Position numbers and translations under genes: made by a program. A DNA stretch of 64,000 bases. Source: Camelus dromedarius (taxonomy: Eukaryota). The notes beneath the pieces were generated by a model that made no database searches, was not told the DNA's origin, and saw only the letters and a program-made list of their open reading frames with translations. Positions 25,846 through 39,930 of this stretch are shown here, in pieces (the stretch's first letter is position 1; every line of letters starts with the position of its first letter). Where the stretch lies: assembly GCF_036321535.1 (NCBI RefSeq), contig NC_087436.1:102240001-102304000 (forward strand), read 5' to 3'.

Positions 25846-26346
25846 CAATTATAATAAAATTAATGTTGTGTTTATGTTTATAAAATATGAACACTTTGAA
25901 ATAATATATTCTCTCAGCTCTCAGAATACTAATCAAATAAGAAACATTTTTAAATATACATTAAATATTTTAATTTAGACTGTGATAATTAAATAAACAT
26001 TTTTTTCTGTCCAGCTAATACATAAATAAAGTGCTTCATCAACACATCCAAATTATTTTTCTAGAGCTCCTGAGCTACTGATAAAATTCTAAAATTTGTA
26101 TGTATGAGTAAATACTGAAGAGTAACATTTTTATGGAAGAGTAAATACCAAAATTGTACTCAAAGACAATTTTTTAAAAGGAGAAACAGAAAGGGGACTT
26201 GACCTTTTATATATAAAAATTGTATCATACATCTATATAAAATTAAATAATGTGATTCTTGTGGAAAATTAAACGGATTAGTGAAAGCAAAAAATGAAAA
26301 TCTAACTATTGTATAATGAAGTTTGTACTTTAAATCAGTGCAAAAG

Positions 26347-27016
26347 TGTGGGTTCATCACCAGTTGTGTGTTCTGTCCGGCAGAAATCCCACCAAGACGG
26401 AATGAATTACTTGAGACTCTGTGGAAAAAGTCAAGAGAGTGAGAGGGAGTCAGGAGCCAACTCCACGAACCTCTCAAATGCTCCCATATTTATTGTGTAC
26501 AATCAAAGGAGAAATCACTAATAGTTGTGTGATGCAGGAATTTAGGGAAGGACAGAGTGGGATCACAATGAGTGCAAAGGCTTTGTTTATTGTTGGTGTT
26601 TGGCTCAAGGTCAGAAGACCCTTTTTGGTAAATCATGTTCGTGTTGAGCCTTTCAGCTTATCAGGGGGGAACGCATGAGAATCAGCTGCATAACAACATT
26701 TTTCTTGGACTCAGGCGGCTGTGCCTGTCTTAGGTTGCCCCCCTCAGGGGATCCTACCCGTCATTGGCTAACCAGCCTCCTCACCTCTGAGTCTGCAGCT
26801 TTTTATAAGTTGTTTACCACTCCAGCCCAAGGCTGTTTTGGGGATAGAAGACTATCTAACAGCAGGCATGCCCAGCATTTATAGCCAAGGTCCTGGGTCA
26901 TTGCTTTGCAAGGAGCAGAGTGCTATCTAAAATCTACTAAACACATTTGTTCTTCTTTAGGGATACAAGTGGCTGGGGTCTGTTACAATTTGTTAACCCA
27001 ATCATGGGCTCCCACA
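26347..27016 (-). mobile_element. Young solo LTR, class II (betaretrovirus/ERVK-like)
   Basis: Termini tgtggg...cccaca; perfect 6-bp TSD caaaag on both sides; minus-strand TATAAAA near 26800-26807 and AATAAA at 26586-26591 and 26489-26494. Confidence 0.85.
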
Positions 27017-27099
27017 CAAAAGGAATATACTATCCAGTAATCATCTTAAAACAAATTGTCTCTCTGAGGTAAAAATCATTCATATCAGTAGCTCATATA

Positions 27100-27615
27100 A
27101 TTAAAAAAATTTCCTAAGGTCTAAATATTAAAAGAAATCATGAAACTATAAAAAATAAATATAAAAATATGTTTATATATTTGGGGCATATCATGTAAAA
27201 CAAAGTAAAAGAAAACAATAAATTCAAGTTAGGAATAAACAAAGAAATATTCTAAATCAAAAATGCAATCTTTCAGATGACCCCATTTTGGAAAAAAATA
27301 TTTTAATTACATAGCAGGCAGAATACATAGAGAATTCTTATAAATCAAAAAGAAAAATACAAAGGTCACGACAGGAAATAAAAATGGCCAATAACCACAT
27401 GCAAATACACTCAGTCTGAGTATTAACAGGGAAAGTATAATTAAAACAAAAATGGTTGGAACTTCTCACCAGTCAGATTAGCAAATTTTTTTTTTTTTAA
27501 ATGTGATGGTATCAAACGTTGACAACATTGTAGAACAATGTGGGCTTTCATATATTACTATGGGACTTGCAATTTTTACTACCAATTTGGAGTACAATGT
27601 ACACCAATTTGGAGT
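27100..27615 (+). mobile_element. Old L1M ORF2 3' fragment
   Basis: aaaatggccaataaccacatg, accagtcagattagcaaa motifs. Confidence 0.6.
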
Positions 27616-27618
27616 ATC

Positions 27619-28075
27619 TGTATTTGTTTTCTGTGGCTGCTGTAACGAAATACCACAAACTTGGTGCCTTAAAGCCACAGAAATTATCTTACAGTTCTGG
27701 GTGCCAGAAGTCCAAAATTGATATCATTGGGCCAAAATCAAGGTATTGGTAAGAAAATATACCCTCTAGAGGCTCTAGAGGAAGACTGTTTCTTGCTTCT
27801 TCTGGCTTCTTGTAGCTTCCAGCACTCCTTGGCTTGCATATGCATCACTGCATCTTCTAGGCTAGCATCTTCAAATTTCTGTTTCATCTTCACTTCCTCT
27901 CTTTCTGTGTTTGTATGTAAAACCTCCCCTCTTTTATGATGCATGTAATTGCATTTAGGGCCCATCCAGAAAACCCAGAATAATTTCCCCATCTTGAGAT
28001 TCTTAATTTAATGGCACCCACAAAACCTTTTCCCCATGTAAGGTGACATTTATAGGTCTCACTGATAGGAACTCT
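27619..28075 (-). mobile_element. MLT1C-like MaLR LTR
   Basis: tgtatttgttttctgtggctgctgtaacgaaataccacaaacttggtg, ccagaagtccaaaat, gggcccatccaga, aaggtgacatt. Confidence 0.85.
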
Positions 28076-28084
28076 AGGCACTAA

Positions 28085-28970
28085 ATTTAGGAGGCCAGAG
28101 TCCTTGGAATCATTCTTGGCTGCCCTGTCTCTCATGTTTCACATTTAATATGTTGATAAATTATTTTGACTCTACTTGAAAATAATTACATTTCTCTACT
28201 GCTATTACATTGGTTTAAGCCATCATCAATACTTATCTGCCTTATTGTAATAGCTTCTTAACACATCCTTCTTTTCTGGTCCATATGTATTCAGTCCATA
28301 TGTATTCAGTTTTCAACACAAAGACCAAGTCATCCTTTAAACTATTAAGACAGGTCATGGCAATATGCTGATTAAAAGCCTGCAAGTACTCATCTTACCA
28401 TTGAGTATAAACACAAAGTCACTACAATGGTCCATAAACCCAACATAATCTGTTTCTTACCCCATTATTTGGATCTCTGTTCTCACTATGGTCCCCATTC
28501 ACTCCAAACATTTCACTCTAGCTACACAACTAACCTTGCTGACTCTTCACCACTCCAGGCACGTCCTTAATTTAGAGCTTTAAATCAGACATTCCTCTGC
28601 CTGGAATTCACTGACACCAGCTATCCACCTGAACAACACCCTCACCCACAAAAGCCATTACCCAAATGTCATTATGTGATGAGGCTAACCTATAACAGCC
28701 TATTTATATCTGAAATTCTCTTTCCAGCATAGCACATAGGATTCATCTAGACCCCTTTTTTGTCACCTTTCCTCCACAGTTCTTTCCACTTTCTAACAAC
28801 CATAAATTGACATCTTTATTTTTAATTATTCATTATCTAACTTCCACTGGCAGAATATAACTTCCACAGGGGCAAGGATCAATTTTGTTGTACTGATATG
28901 TATACCCTAAAACCTAGAACAATGCATGGTGCAAAGTAGGCATTTAATACATACACAAATAAGTGAGTTG
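28085..28970 (+). mobile_element. L2 LINE 3' portion
   Basis: aagccatcatc, ttgtaatagcttcttaac, cctctgcctggaat, cctagaacaatgcatggtgcaaagtaggcatttaatac. Confidence 0.85.
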
Positions 28971-29944
28971 CTCAGTGCTACCACCTGACCCACAGTGGCC
29001 TATCATTCCACTTGTGTCTTCTTTTTAAAAATGTTCTTACTTTTAAATTCACAGTTGTAGTTTCTTCTCACATTTGAACCTTTCTTTGATATAAGTCTCC
29101 AATGAATCAAACTATCCAGGAGTAGCACTCAGGAAATGTATTTTTTTGTTGTTGTTAAAGTTTCATAGGTGTTTCTCTGGTAAACTTAGATTAATCATTT
29201 CTTCTGTAGACTGTGTAAAATTTTAAGCTGATTTCCTCTTTAAATTACTGTACATATCCAGATAGCAAAAAGTACTTTGGAATTTTTGCGATGGAACTAA
29301 ACATACATGTTTGGACAAGAACATCAGTGAAACTATCATTAGAAAGAAAATGCACAAAACTTTAAAATGTAGAAAACTAGTATGTGTAGACTTTCTTGCT
29401 TAATACTTTTAACACTGGTATTTTACTTTATATACTTTCTTCATATATTTTTATAAGATAATTCAATATATCAGGATGATATGAGTAAGACGGGCACATA
29501 CTATGTCAGACATAAATAATGAGGAGTGAGATTTGTTCTCTTTCCTCAAGGAGATCACAGTTCATCAGAGGGAGATGCTTTGAACAAAACCCTCATATAA
29601 AATGGGAGATCTTACCATAGATGTATATTCTATTGCAACAGCAAAGGTGAGAGAATAGGTTTCATGTAAGGGTGTGAGGTAAACCTACACATCAGAAAAC
29701 TCATTGTTAAAATATATTAGTTACAGGAGAACACTAAAAGCTTTCTGGAGGAGAGATAATCAGGATGTTATAATCATTGAATAGTGATAAGTTCAATGAG
29801 GTATAAAGATGGGATCTATCTATTGGATACATATGGGCATAGTGAGATGAGAAAGGAAATTTGGAGCAAAATTACCTAATTGTGAAATGAATCTACTATA
29901 AAACACTACAAGATTTTATTTTTTGTAGTTTTAGAAATAATATT

Positions 29945-30423
29945 AAAGGCAGAATTTTGAGTACCTCTTAATTATAAATCCTTTTCTCTTCTCAGTAAAC
30001 ATGTAATTATTTCTCTGAACAGAAACTTAATAATTGCTGACAACTGTCAACCCAGCAGCACATTTTTGTATTCCATTTTCTAACTGTCAACAAAGAATGA
30101 AGGTAAGTTTGAGCAATGATATTTCATGTAAAATTGTACTTTTTTAGAATTGCAGACTCAAATCCAGAAGGAACCACCTTGAATTGAGAAAATAAACCAC
30201 ATCCTGGAGCCAGTTGCTACTTACTTATTATTATTATGCAAATTGTTCAGCACATTGCCCAAACATCAAGAGACATGCCACACAAGTATCAATATATGCC
30301 AACATGTGAATGCTTTGAGCATTTTTTCTTACTTATTGTAAAAATTCAGCAGTAGAGAAAAGGTAGAATTTTGAGTACCTCTTAATTATAAATCCTTTAC
30401 TTTTCTCAGTAAACGTATAATTA
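29945..30423. repeat. 65-bp dispersed direct repeat (29945-30009 and 30359-30423)
   Basis: Two copies of aaaggYagaattttgagtacctcttaattataaatcctttWctYttctcagtaaacRtRtaatta; 5 mismatches in 65 by manual count. Confidence 0.95.
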
Positions 30424-31051
30424 AAAGGACAAGCTGACAACAGGATTTCCACTGGAAAATAGATAAATGATATTACAACTTAAAGACCATTTCTTTCTGT
30501 CTCTCTGTCTTTCTCTTTCTCCTCTGCCAATCTAGTGCTACTGTCATACTGAAAACACAAAGACTTTTAAGGCAGCAAAGGGCACAAGCAGTTTGTTCCT
30601 CAGTTTTGGAGGGGTAAGCTTAAATGCTCAGTATTTTTTAGATCAAATGGTTTTACGTTTTTTAAAATTATTGAGTTGAAGGAGCTTTTGTTGAGCTCTT
30701 GCGACTCACAAAAGTTTTTTGTTATAAAAATGATAGCAGCATCCACTGGGGATAGGACCAGAAGCCTACACAAGGCTAGCTGAGCCAACTCTTAAAAAGT
30801 GGTTCTGTAAGTTATCAAAAAAGTATTTTGAAAGCAACTGGGGTACAGTTTTATAGGCACAAAATTGTGTGCCAGAGAATCAGCTTAATCAAGACCCAGG
30901 GGGAGGAGAATAGTGACAGGTCCACTGCCAAAGGCACAAGGAAGAGTCACATCACACCTCACCTTGCTGGAAGGCATAGGGAAGGGAAAATGGGGGCACT
31001 GAAATAACTATTTTCATCATGAACATACACGGATACAGCAAAGTATGTAAT

Positions 31052-31537
31052 TGCATTAGTCAGGGTTCTCCAGAGAAATAGAACCTATAATAGACACAAA
31101 ACCTATGGAGATAAATTGTGTGTTTATGGAGAGAGAGAGAGGGAGAGAGTGGGAGAGAGAGGATTTTATTTTAAAGTATTGACTCAGCAATTGTGGGGGC
31201 TGGTAGGCCTGAAGTACATAGGGAAAGTGGATAGGCTGGACATCCAGGTAATTGTGAACGGTGCATTCCCGAGTACAAATTCCCCAGGGCAGCAATCTGG
31301 AAACAAGCGTGGTTCCCATTTGGAAGTCTTGAGGAAAATTTCTTCTTCTTTAGGAAACCTGTCTTTATTCTTAAGGCATTTGACTGATTGGGTGAGGCCC
31401 ACCTACATCATGGAGGGTAATCTGATTTACTTAAAGTCCATAGATTGAAATGTTAATTCCATCTGAAAAATTAACTTCAGAGCAGCATCCAAACAACCAT
31501 AGCCTAGCCAGGCTGACACATTAAATTAAACATCATA
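31052..31537 (-). mobile_element. MLT2 (ERVL) solo LTR
   Basis: tgcattagtcagggttctccagagaaa...gactgattgggtgaggcccacc...tgacacattaaattaaacatca; TSD gtaat/gcaat. Confidence 0.9.
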
Positions 31538-33967
31538 GCAATTAAACTTGAAAAGATCTAGACTCAAAGTAATTGTTCCTGATTTATACAGCTTAGTACA
31601 GCCAGTTTGTCTAATAACTCACACATCCTTTGAGTCAGCTATTCCCACTCAACTCTGTGAGCCTCAGAATAGCTAGTAATTTGAAGAAATTTTCCACAAC
31701 CATCTGTAAAAAGTCAGGGAGTTGATTCCTACAATTTGATTCCTGGATTCTAGCTTCTCACACTTGGATTTACTAACTCACTTTACCCAGTCTCCCCTCC
31801 TAGGTTTGTAATCTCTATTGCATTAACTATTTCTTGACCAGAGGACACACTATGAGCCTTATGAAGACCAAGATTTTTCTTTACAGCTTCAACCCAAGCA
31901 CAGCCCTACCTCAGGGTGGATGCTCAGTACATATTTGATGAAGATTTTGTCATCTGTCTAAATCCTGAATCTCTTGTGTACCTCAACTACTAGGTTATTA
32001 AAGCATTAATTTTTAATTATATTTAAACTTGTATTAAAATTATACAATAGCATTAGTTTGAATCTTTGTTTAAAAACAATTTATTTTGGTCTTTCCAGTG
32101 TAATCTGAAACATACATGAGGGAACAGAATTCACTCAAAATTTTGCTGTGTGCTTTCACTATGAATAATTTCTTCTAAGTAATTATTTGAATCATAAAAT
32201 GTTCACTAAAAAAAAGTCAGGAGAGAAAAAATGTTGTGCTTTGCTGACAGCAATTCCCTTTGTTTTAATTTTGAAATATCTTCTAAGCCCCAATTTTTAT
32301 CATATATATGTACACATATTGCATATGTAATATACATTATACAATTCTGATATTATATTTATTCATTATAATATTATAATGAATATTTATTACAAATATA
32401 ATATTTATATTATATATTACATGATACATAATATATGTTTTTAGTGTTGGGGGATGGATGTGTGAGCACAGAGGAGGAGCTAAGGAAATGCTTGTGTAAG
32501 AAATCACATGAATTAAACTCTGACAAATGTAAATACATAATACTATAAAGTAACTTTTTAAAGCAAATTAAAAACCTGCTGATAAAGTTCTCATGAGTTT
32601 TGCATTTCATGCAGACCTCTTGAACAGCTTTTGAATATTCCAACTTTGAGCACTGACGTTTCTCTATCTCTGGTCTATGCAAAAATTTAAGTCAGTATAA
32701 AGTATCAAGCTTTAGAGGTATATTTCATTTCCTTTCTTAATGATAGGTTAAATACAAGTATTTAACTCACTGATAAAATTGAAAAGACTTTTTTATCACA
32801 TAAGTTTGAAGAGCAATAAATGAGAAAAATCTTGAAAAAATATTAAAATGTCGCTTGACAGAGTTAGTATTCATTAAACATTATCATTAACATTATTGCT
32901 ATAGATTTTATTAGAATTATTTTGTTAGAAAGTAACACAAAATAGCATGGTCTAGCTTAAATGTGGAAAGTGACACTTTCATAAAAATTTAAAGGGTTTC
33001 ATTGAAAGCAAAGCAAGTATGCTTGCCTGGCTTCAGAGAACCACAGGAGCCCTGGAAGGTGCCATGGGCTCTTCCACTACCTCTTATTTCTATTTGTCTT
33101 TTTTGCCTTCTTCAGTCTTTTCTCTTTGGCCACTTTCTCAGTTCCCATACACATGGCAAACTATAGACCTCATTCAGTAATATTAAGTTAATATTACTTG
33201 GTCATTCTGTGTCCCAATTACAAACTCTCAAATTAGAAACTCTTCCTTGGCTGATTGCTATTGAGATCTCCTGTTTGGTTTCTTTTGGGGAGTCATTTAA
33301 ACAGATGAGACACGCAGACACACATAAAGGACCAGAATGACTGGTTGCTCTTTCTCTCTCTTCGTGAAAACGGGGCGTATTTTCCTGTTAATTCTATACT
33401 TGTGTAATTTTGAATTTTCAGCTAATTTTTGCTGTCTTTTTTTCAGTTCACACAAAGAAAAGCTAGAAGAGAAGCAACTCAAATTTTTACATCTGATTTA
33501 TGACTAACCTTGATTTTGCCAAGAATTACATCCTCATTTATAAGTTGGGTTATAGGAAAAGAGATGAGCAGCAACTTGACATTTCATCTAGTTTTATTAA
33601 ACTATCTATCCTAGGAAATTAAAAAATCTCACACACCATGTAATCACACAGAAAGGAACATAAATAAAAAGTTGAAACAGCAGTAGTGGACAGCACAATT
33701 ATGTAATACCTATCCACAGAAAGTAAATACCCATTCCAAAAAATGGGATCGTATTACCATTCTTCAACTTGCCTTCACAGCAAAGTTGCAGGGTGGTTAC
33801 ATGTATTGAAACTGTCAGGGAAACTAGAAGAGGATAAAGTAAACAGAATGACTGACTAGTTCTTCATAAGTTGATGGGAATGCAAGAACATACAGAAAGA
33901 ATAGTTTCAAATAGTATTTCAAACTTTATTGTGTTTATAGACTGCATTCAGTGAGACACCTTTGATC

Positions 33968-34201
33968 GATCTTAACAACATCAGCATTATTGGCATTTCT
34001 AAATAGATCATTGTTTATTATGGGGAAATGTCCTGTACATTATAGGATGTTTACCAGCATCCCTGGCTTCTCTACTCATTAGGTGGCAATAGCAACCCCC
34101 CGACACCCTCTCCTGCCACACCATTTGTAACAACCAAAAATTCCTGTAGACATTGCTAAACTTAGTCTAAGGAGCAAAATTAATCCATTTTAGAATCACT
34201 G
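33968..34201. mobile_element. MER20 hAT-Charlie MITE
   Basis: tgtcctgtacattataggatgtttaccagcatccctggc...acaaccaaaaa...agacattgc...agaatcactg. Confidence 0.85.
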
Positions 34202-34878
34202 CTTTAGATTAATTCCTAAAACTTATCTCAAGTAATCATAATATTGTGAAATTACTGTGTTAGGAATTGTAGAAGACAAGTAGAATGTGTGTATCTTCAG
34301 CAATCATTATTTATTGAGACAAATCATATACAGATCTAAATCTACCATAAATCTCTGAAAAATACCACAATAAAAACATCAAAATTTATATGGAAATCTC
34401 CCTAGCATATATGAAAAACTGAACAACTTCTGCAAATAATCTGAAAACCAGAGAACATGCTTTCTCCAGTCTATAAACCAGCTTGGCAAATATTTCAAGA
34501 AAGAGAATGCAAAGTAGCTACACATTTTTCACATTATTATCAGTTTAGAAAGATAAAATGACAAAATCTTCTCTAATTATATCAATTAATCACAAATTGA
34601 ATGATGAGTTTTGTTTGTAACCATTTATTTTCTATTTTATAAAGAGGGTAGTGGTTAAACAATAATTATTCCAATGACATGAGAACCGTGAAGTAGAGCT
34701 TGTTTATAATTACAACTCTGGATGTTAGAAATTTTAATCATTAAATTGTGTGTCCAGAAATCTCAAGTCTATGGACAGCTTGGCTTGCTATTAATCTTAA
34801 GCTCATCATTTGTTTTGCCTTTTTTGTTCCTAGAGAAGTCCAATTCTGAGAACACATGATGAAGAAGATGCTGTGCAT

Positions 34879-35890
34879 TTTTTTTTAACTGAGATATGGG
34901 CAGTTTATAATTTTGTGTCAATTTCTGGTATATAGCACAATGCTTCAGTCATAAATGAATATACATATATTCATTTTTATATTCTTTTTCACCATAAGCT
35001 ACTACAAGTTACTGAATATATTTCCCTGTGCTATACAGTATAAATTTCTTTATCTATTTTATATATACCAGTCAGTGTCTGCAAATCTCAAACTCCCAAT
35101 TTACCCCTTCTCACCCCTTTTCTCCCTGGTAACCATAAGTTTGTGTTCTATGTCTATGAATCTGTTTCTGTTTTATATATAAGTTCATTTGTCTTTTTCT
35201 TTTTAGATTCTACATATGAATGATATCAAATGGTATTTTTCTTTCTCTTTCTGGCTTACTTCACTTAGAAGACATTCTCCAGGGACATCCATGTTGCAGT
35301 AAATGGCAATATTTTATCATTTTTTATGGCTGAGTAGTATTTCATTGTATAAATATACTACATCTTCTTTATCCAGTCATCTGTTGATGGACATTTAGGT
35401 TGTTTCCATGTCTTTGCTATTGTAAATAATGCTGCTATGAACATTGGGGTGCAGGTGTCTTTTTGAATTAAGATTCCCCTTGATATATGCCCAGGAGTGG
35501 GATTGCTGGGTCATATGGTAAGTCTATATTTAGTCTTTTGTGGAATCTCCATACTCTTTTCCACAATGGCTGCATTCCCACCAACAATATAAGAGGGTTC
35601 CTCTTTCTCCATACCCTCTTCAGCATTTATCATTTGTGTACTTTTGAATAATGGCCATACTGACTGACGTGAGGTGATAACTCATTGCAGTTTTGATTTG
35701 CATTTCTCTGATAATTAGTGGTATTTAGTATTTTTTCATGTGCCTATTGGCCATTCATATGTCTTCATTGGAGAATTGCTTGTTTAGGTCTTCTGCCCAT
35801 TTTTGGATTGGGTTGCTTGTTTTTTTCTTATTAAGTCTTAATGATCTGTTTATATATTCTCGAAATCAAGCCCTTGCAGTCTCATCTTTT
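34879..35890 (-). mobile_element. 5'-truncated lineage-specific L1, same family as 9025-11145
   Basis: Poly-T head; high similarity to 9025-10110; approximate TSD atgctgtgcattt/atactgtacttt. Confidence 0.95.
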
Positions 35891-37449
35891 ACATACTGTA
35901 CTTTATTGAAAACAATTTTTAAAAATTTTCCATTCCCAACAAATAACTAATCCAAATCAACAGAAGTTGAAGATCTATTACTAACTTCATATATAACCAA
36001 ATGAGCATTTTCTTCTGAAAGAATAAATTTTCCTTAAAAGGAAAATATAAGGCTTGATTGTCTACAAACTAACAAAAATTTGTTTTAGTTGTTTAATATA
36101 ACAAAGAAAAGATTAAGGAAAAATGGAATTTTTTTCATGTATGATATTCATCAGCAAATAAATTATTTTGAATGGAGCTATTAAAAAGCTAATCTATTTA
36201 CTGAACTTTAAAAATTCAAAAAAGCTTGAGAAAACAAAATTCTTTCCAAAGAACTTATTATCCATGCACTGATGTCTTTTCATTTCTTTTATATAAGCCA
36301 TATGTCACAGTGAATTCTTCAGCATGTTCTTCTCTGTTTAGGCCTTTTTCTTTAACTTTATAACAGTCATTTGATAAAACTAGTAACATAATTCAAGTTG
36401 ATTATGACTTGAAGAATTAGTCAACAAATAACAGTGTCTAATTTGTGCCCTGCATTGTGATATTAACATAATTAATCACAGGAGACTACAGTGTGTGGGA
36501 TGGTTGCTCATCTTAAAACAAAAAATATCAGTCAATTATTTGTAACTAGGAGTAAAGATTTTTTTTCAATTTGCATAAAACCTGAAAGAGTTCTCTTTCC
36601 ACCAAAAATCCAGGAGCTGTAAACCCCTTCCACTGGTCCAGCACTACAAAGATCAATACCTCGTACCTTAATTCAGACCAGAAAAAAATATTAAAAAAAA
36701 AATAGATGCAACAACACTCTGCGGCTGTCATTTTGAAGAGTACAAATTGAAAATGTCAGGATAGTTAATGACTGTGTTAATGAAAACGAAGAATAATTAG
36801 CACTATGAAAACAAAACTCATGGTTGAAAGATGAAAAAGCAATGATTATAAAGAGAGGGAATTTTTCTTCAATCTAATAAAAATGTTTTATAAAAATATG
36901 AAGGGAATGAGGCAGGAAGAAGGATTAACAGACCATCATGTTTTTGAAGTAGCTATTCCAAATTTAATTATGTGGCAAACAAAAATGCGTGGAGTCAATG
37001 AATTATCCAGAGCCAGGTGAGAAAATGAAGACAGACCAGCTTAGAGACACAGCTTAAATCATATCTGAGTGAGTTACAATGGAATAAATGGCACTAAGTT
37101 TAGATTTGATATCTTTTGATAAACATATATGTACATACAATATTATATATATGATATATATACACATAAACACATACACACGCATATATACATACACATG
37201 TACATATATCTAAATTTTTAAGTTAAACAGGTAAATTGTATATTTTAACTTGATTATGAGGATTTGTTAAAATGTGATGAATCCATTTTAAATTTTAATA
37301 ATGTCTGCAAAAGATACTAAATGGATATTTGAACTACGTACAATAGCTGAGGCTATTGCAGCAAAGACTGTGCACCAGAATGGAAAATTCAAGTATTATC
37401 CCACAGGATATTGCATAATAAAACCACCCTTTCTGTGTTTTCTCTGTTA

Positions 37450-37634
37450 TATCAATACCTCCCCAATTGTGTCATCACCAGCACCAGCTTCACCTGGGGA
37501 ATTTTTAGACATAAAAATATCAGAATCCACCCTAGTTCTACTAAACCAGAAACTCTGTGGTCAGGGTCCATTGTTCAGGGTTTCTACAAACTCTTCAGAC
37601 GATTTTTGATACATACCACAGTTGAGAACCAATG
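37450..37634. mobile_element. MER5A hAT MITE
   Basis: cagcaccagcttcacctgggga, ccagaaactctg, gttgagaaccaatg. Confidence 0.75.
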
Positions 37635-38689
37635 TCTTACACGATGCGTTGGGGTATACTAATCCCCACCCCCCAAAAAAAATTGATAAAGAAGCTTAAT
37701 GCAAAACATGAAACTTCACATAAAGTAGCCTGCAAAACAACATGAATAGCAGTGCCCCTCCATAACGCCCTAGCTCATGGCTTTCACTATATTTAAATCA
37801 AGATTCTCTTTCACAGTAACCAAGGGTCCTCAAGTTTTCCTGCAGGAAATTGTTGTTGGGAGGAATCTTTATGAAGTACCCCAAAGGTAACACTGTGAAA
37901 AATATGATGTAGGTTGGGCATCACTTCCATTGTGTAGGTGGCTGGGAAGAGCACTTTAACAGAAAAAAAAATTAATTTTCCACTCATGAGAAGAATAGGC
38001 ATTTAGTGCCACTCTGTTAGAATCCAGGCAAGTTTAATTTTCCATGCAGCTGAGGACAAGGAGATCAGGTAGATTGGACCTTGAGCCAGCAAGGTTCAAG
38101 CAGTGGTTACCTCTCTTGCCAGCTTTACTGGATGATATCCCAGGCTGAGATCTCCTAATATTTGGGCGGTTCATTTCTTCTTAAATTGTCCCCTAAATAT
38201 CTATTTTGTCCATTATATACATTTATCACAAAAGCCCTTTATGCTCAGTCAAAAACCTCTTTAATGATCCATCGCAAACAGGACATTTTAGTGCCCTGAG
38301 TCATTAACAACAACAACAAAAACTCAATTTCCCCTTCTTGAATTACCAGTAGTAAGTCTTCATATAACACATTTGGCTATTCAGCATGGACTCATTCTGC
38401 ACTAGAGAAAGTCCCTTTCATTCTAAAATGGGCAAAGTCACTGTGCTGAATGAAGCAAAGGAAAAGAAAAAAATCTTGTATCAGGAGAGAATGTCTGTTC
38501 ATATTATGCCGTAACATGAAAAAGCATATCGCTATTAAATACAGTCATATAAAGATTAGATTGAAGAGAAAAGAAAATGGAAAAGGTAGACAGATATCCA
38601 GTTAGTTATTACAATATTCCAGACTTGAGATATCTGTGCCTTGAACTTGTCTATCGTGAACAAATACAAATGAACATTAAATTGATTGA

Positions 38690-38926
38690 ATTACATTGTC
38701 TGAGTGCACATTATGCACCACACTGTCATGTCTGGCTTTTCACATGCAATCTCTTCTTTATTTTTCATAATAATTCTATTAGGTAAATACTATTACCACT
38801 GTATATGAAGATCAAGCAAGGTTCAGAAAAGGTAAATGAAATGTGAAAGGTTTTAGTATATGTTAGAACTAGATTTTTTTTTTTTACAAGTTAGCCTGAC
38901 TCCAAAGACCATATTCTTTCTCTACA
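38690..38926 (-). mobile_element. MIR SINE
   Basis: aggtaaatactattacc, ggttcagaaaaggtaaatg, cctgactccaaagacc. Confidence 0.75.
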
Positions 38927-38927
38927 C

Positions 38928-39149
38928 TAGAGCTTTGCAAACTTTTTCCATAGAGGGCTAGACAATATATATGTAGATTTTGTAAATCATATGGTCTTTG
39001 TATTAACTCCTCAACTTTCTTATTTTAGTGTTAAAATAGCCCTAGATAATATCTAAACAAATGGGTGTGACTGCGATCCAATAAAATATTACTTACAAAA
39101 CAGGTTGTAAGCTCTATTTGACCCATGTGGCATAGCTTCTGACTCTTAC
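38928..39149. mobile_element. MER58A hAT MITE
   Basis: gcaaactttttccatagagggc, aaacaaatgggtgtgactg, ccaataaaa. Confidence 0.8.
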
Positions 39150-39349
39150 ATCAAACAACATGGTAGCAAGCTTGGAATAAACACAATTGGTACCCCATCT
39201 AGATTTCCTTCACCAGCCATTGCACTCATCTCCTAGTTCCTAACTGGTCACAGCTTCACCCTTCCCTGGACTATGGCTCACAATTGTTGAAACAGGTTCA
39301 AACACTGAATCTTTATATTTAAGAAGTACTGTGAATGCCAAGTAGGGCA

Positions 39350-39645
39350 ACCTCACTTAGGCACATCATTATGCTTAAAAACAAGAACAGAGGGAAAAAT
39401 CTTAAAAGGCACGTTATTACCAAGGAGAATCAAAAATTAATACCTGGTTTATCAATGGAAATGATGAAAGTCAGAAAACAATAGAGTAAAATGGTTTAAC
39501 AATGGAAAGAAAATATCTGTCAAACTACAATTTTACATCCACAGAAAATAGTATTGAAAAGTGAAGTCAAAATAGGAGTGCATTTAGATAAACACAGACT
39601 TAGGGAATCACTTACCAGCAAAGCTCCACCAAGAGAAATATTGAT
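39350..39645 (+). mobile_element. L1M ORF1 fragment
   Basis: aaagtcagaaaacaatagagt, tgtcaaactacaattttacatcca. Confidence 0.6.
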
Positions 39646-39659
39646 TTTTTTTTAATCAA

Positions 39660-39930
39660 ACATGTGAACAAATGAGGAAGTGAGCCATGTAGATATCTTA
39701 GGAAGAGTACTCAAGGCATAGAAGGTTAGTCAGTACAAAAGATTTAAAATGAATTTATGAAAGAGTGTGATTGAAACAGAATAAAAAAATTGGGAGATTA
39801 ATAAAAGATGAGGTTAAAGGAGTCATTTTGTCACCTTGATGTTTACCTCAATTATATGGGAACTGGAAGAGAGTTTTGATTAAAGGAATTTAAAAATCTG
39901 TCTCATATTTGACAGAGTTTTCCCTTTATT
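39660..39930 (-). mobile_element. L2 fragment
   Basis: gaagtgagccatgtagatatcttaggaagag motif. Confidence 0.55.
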
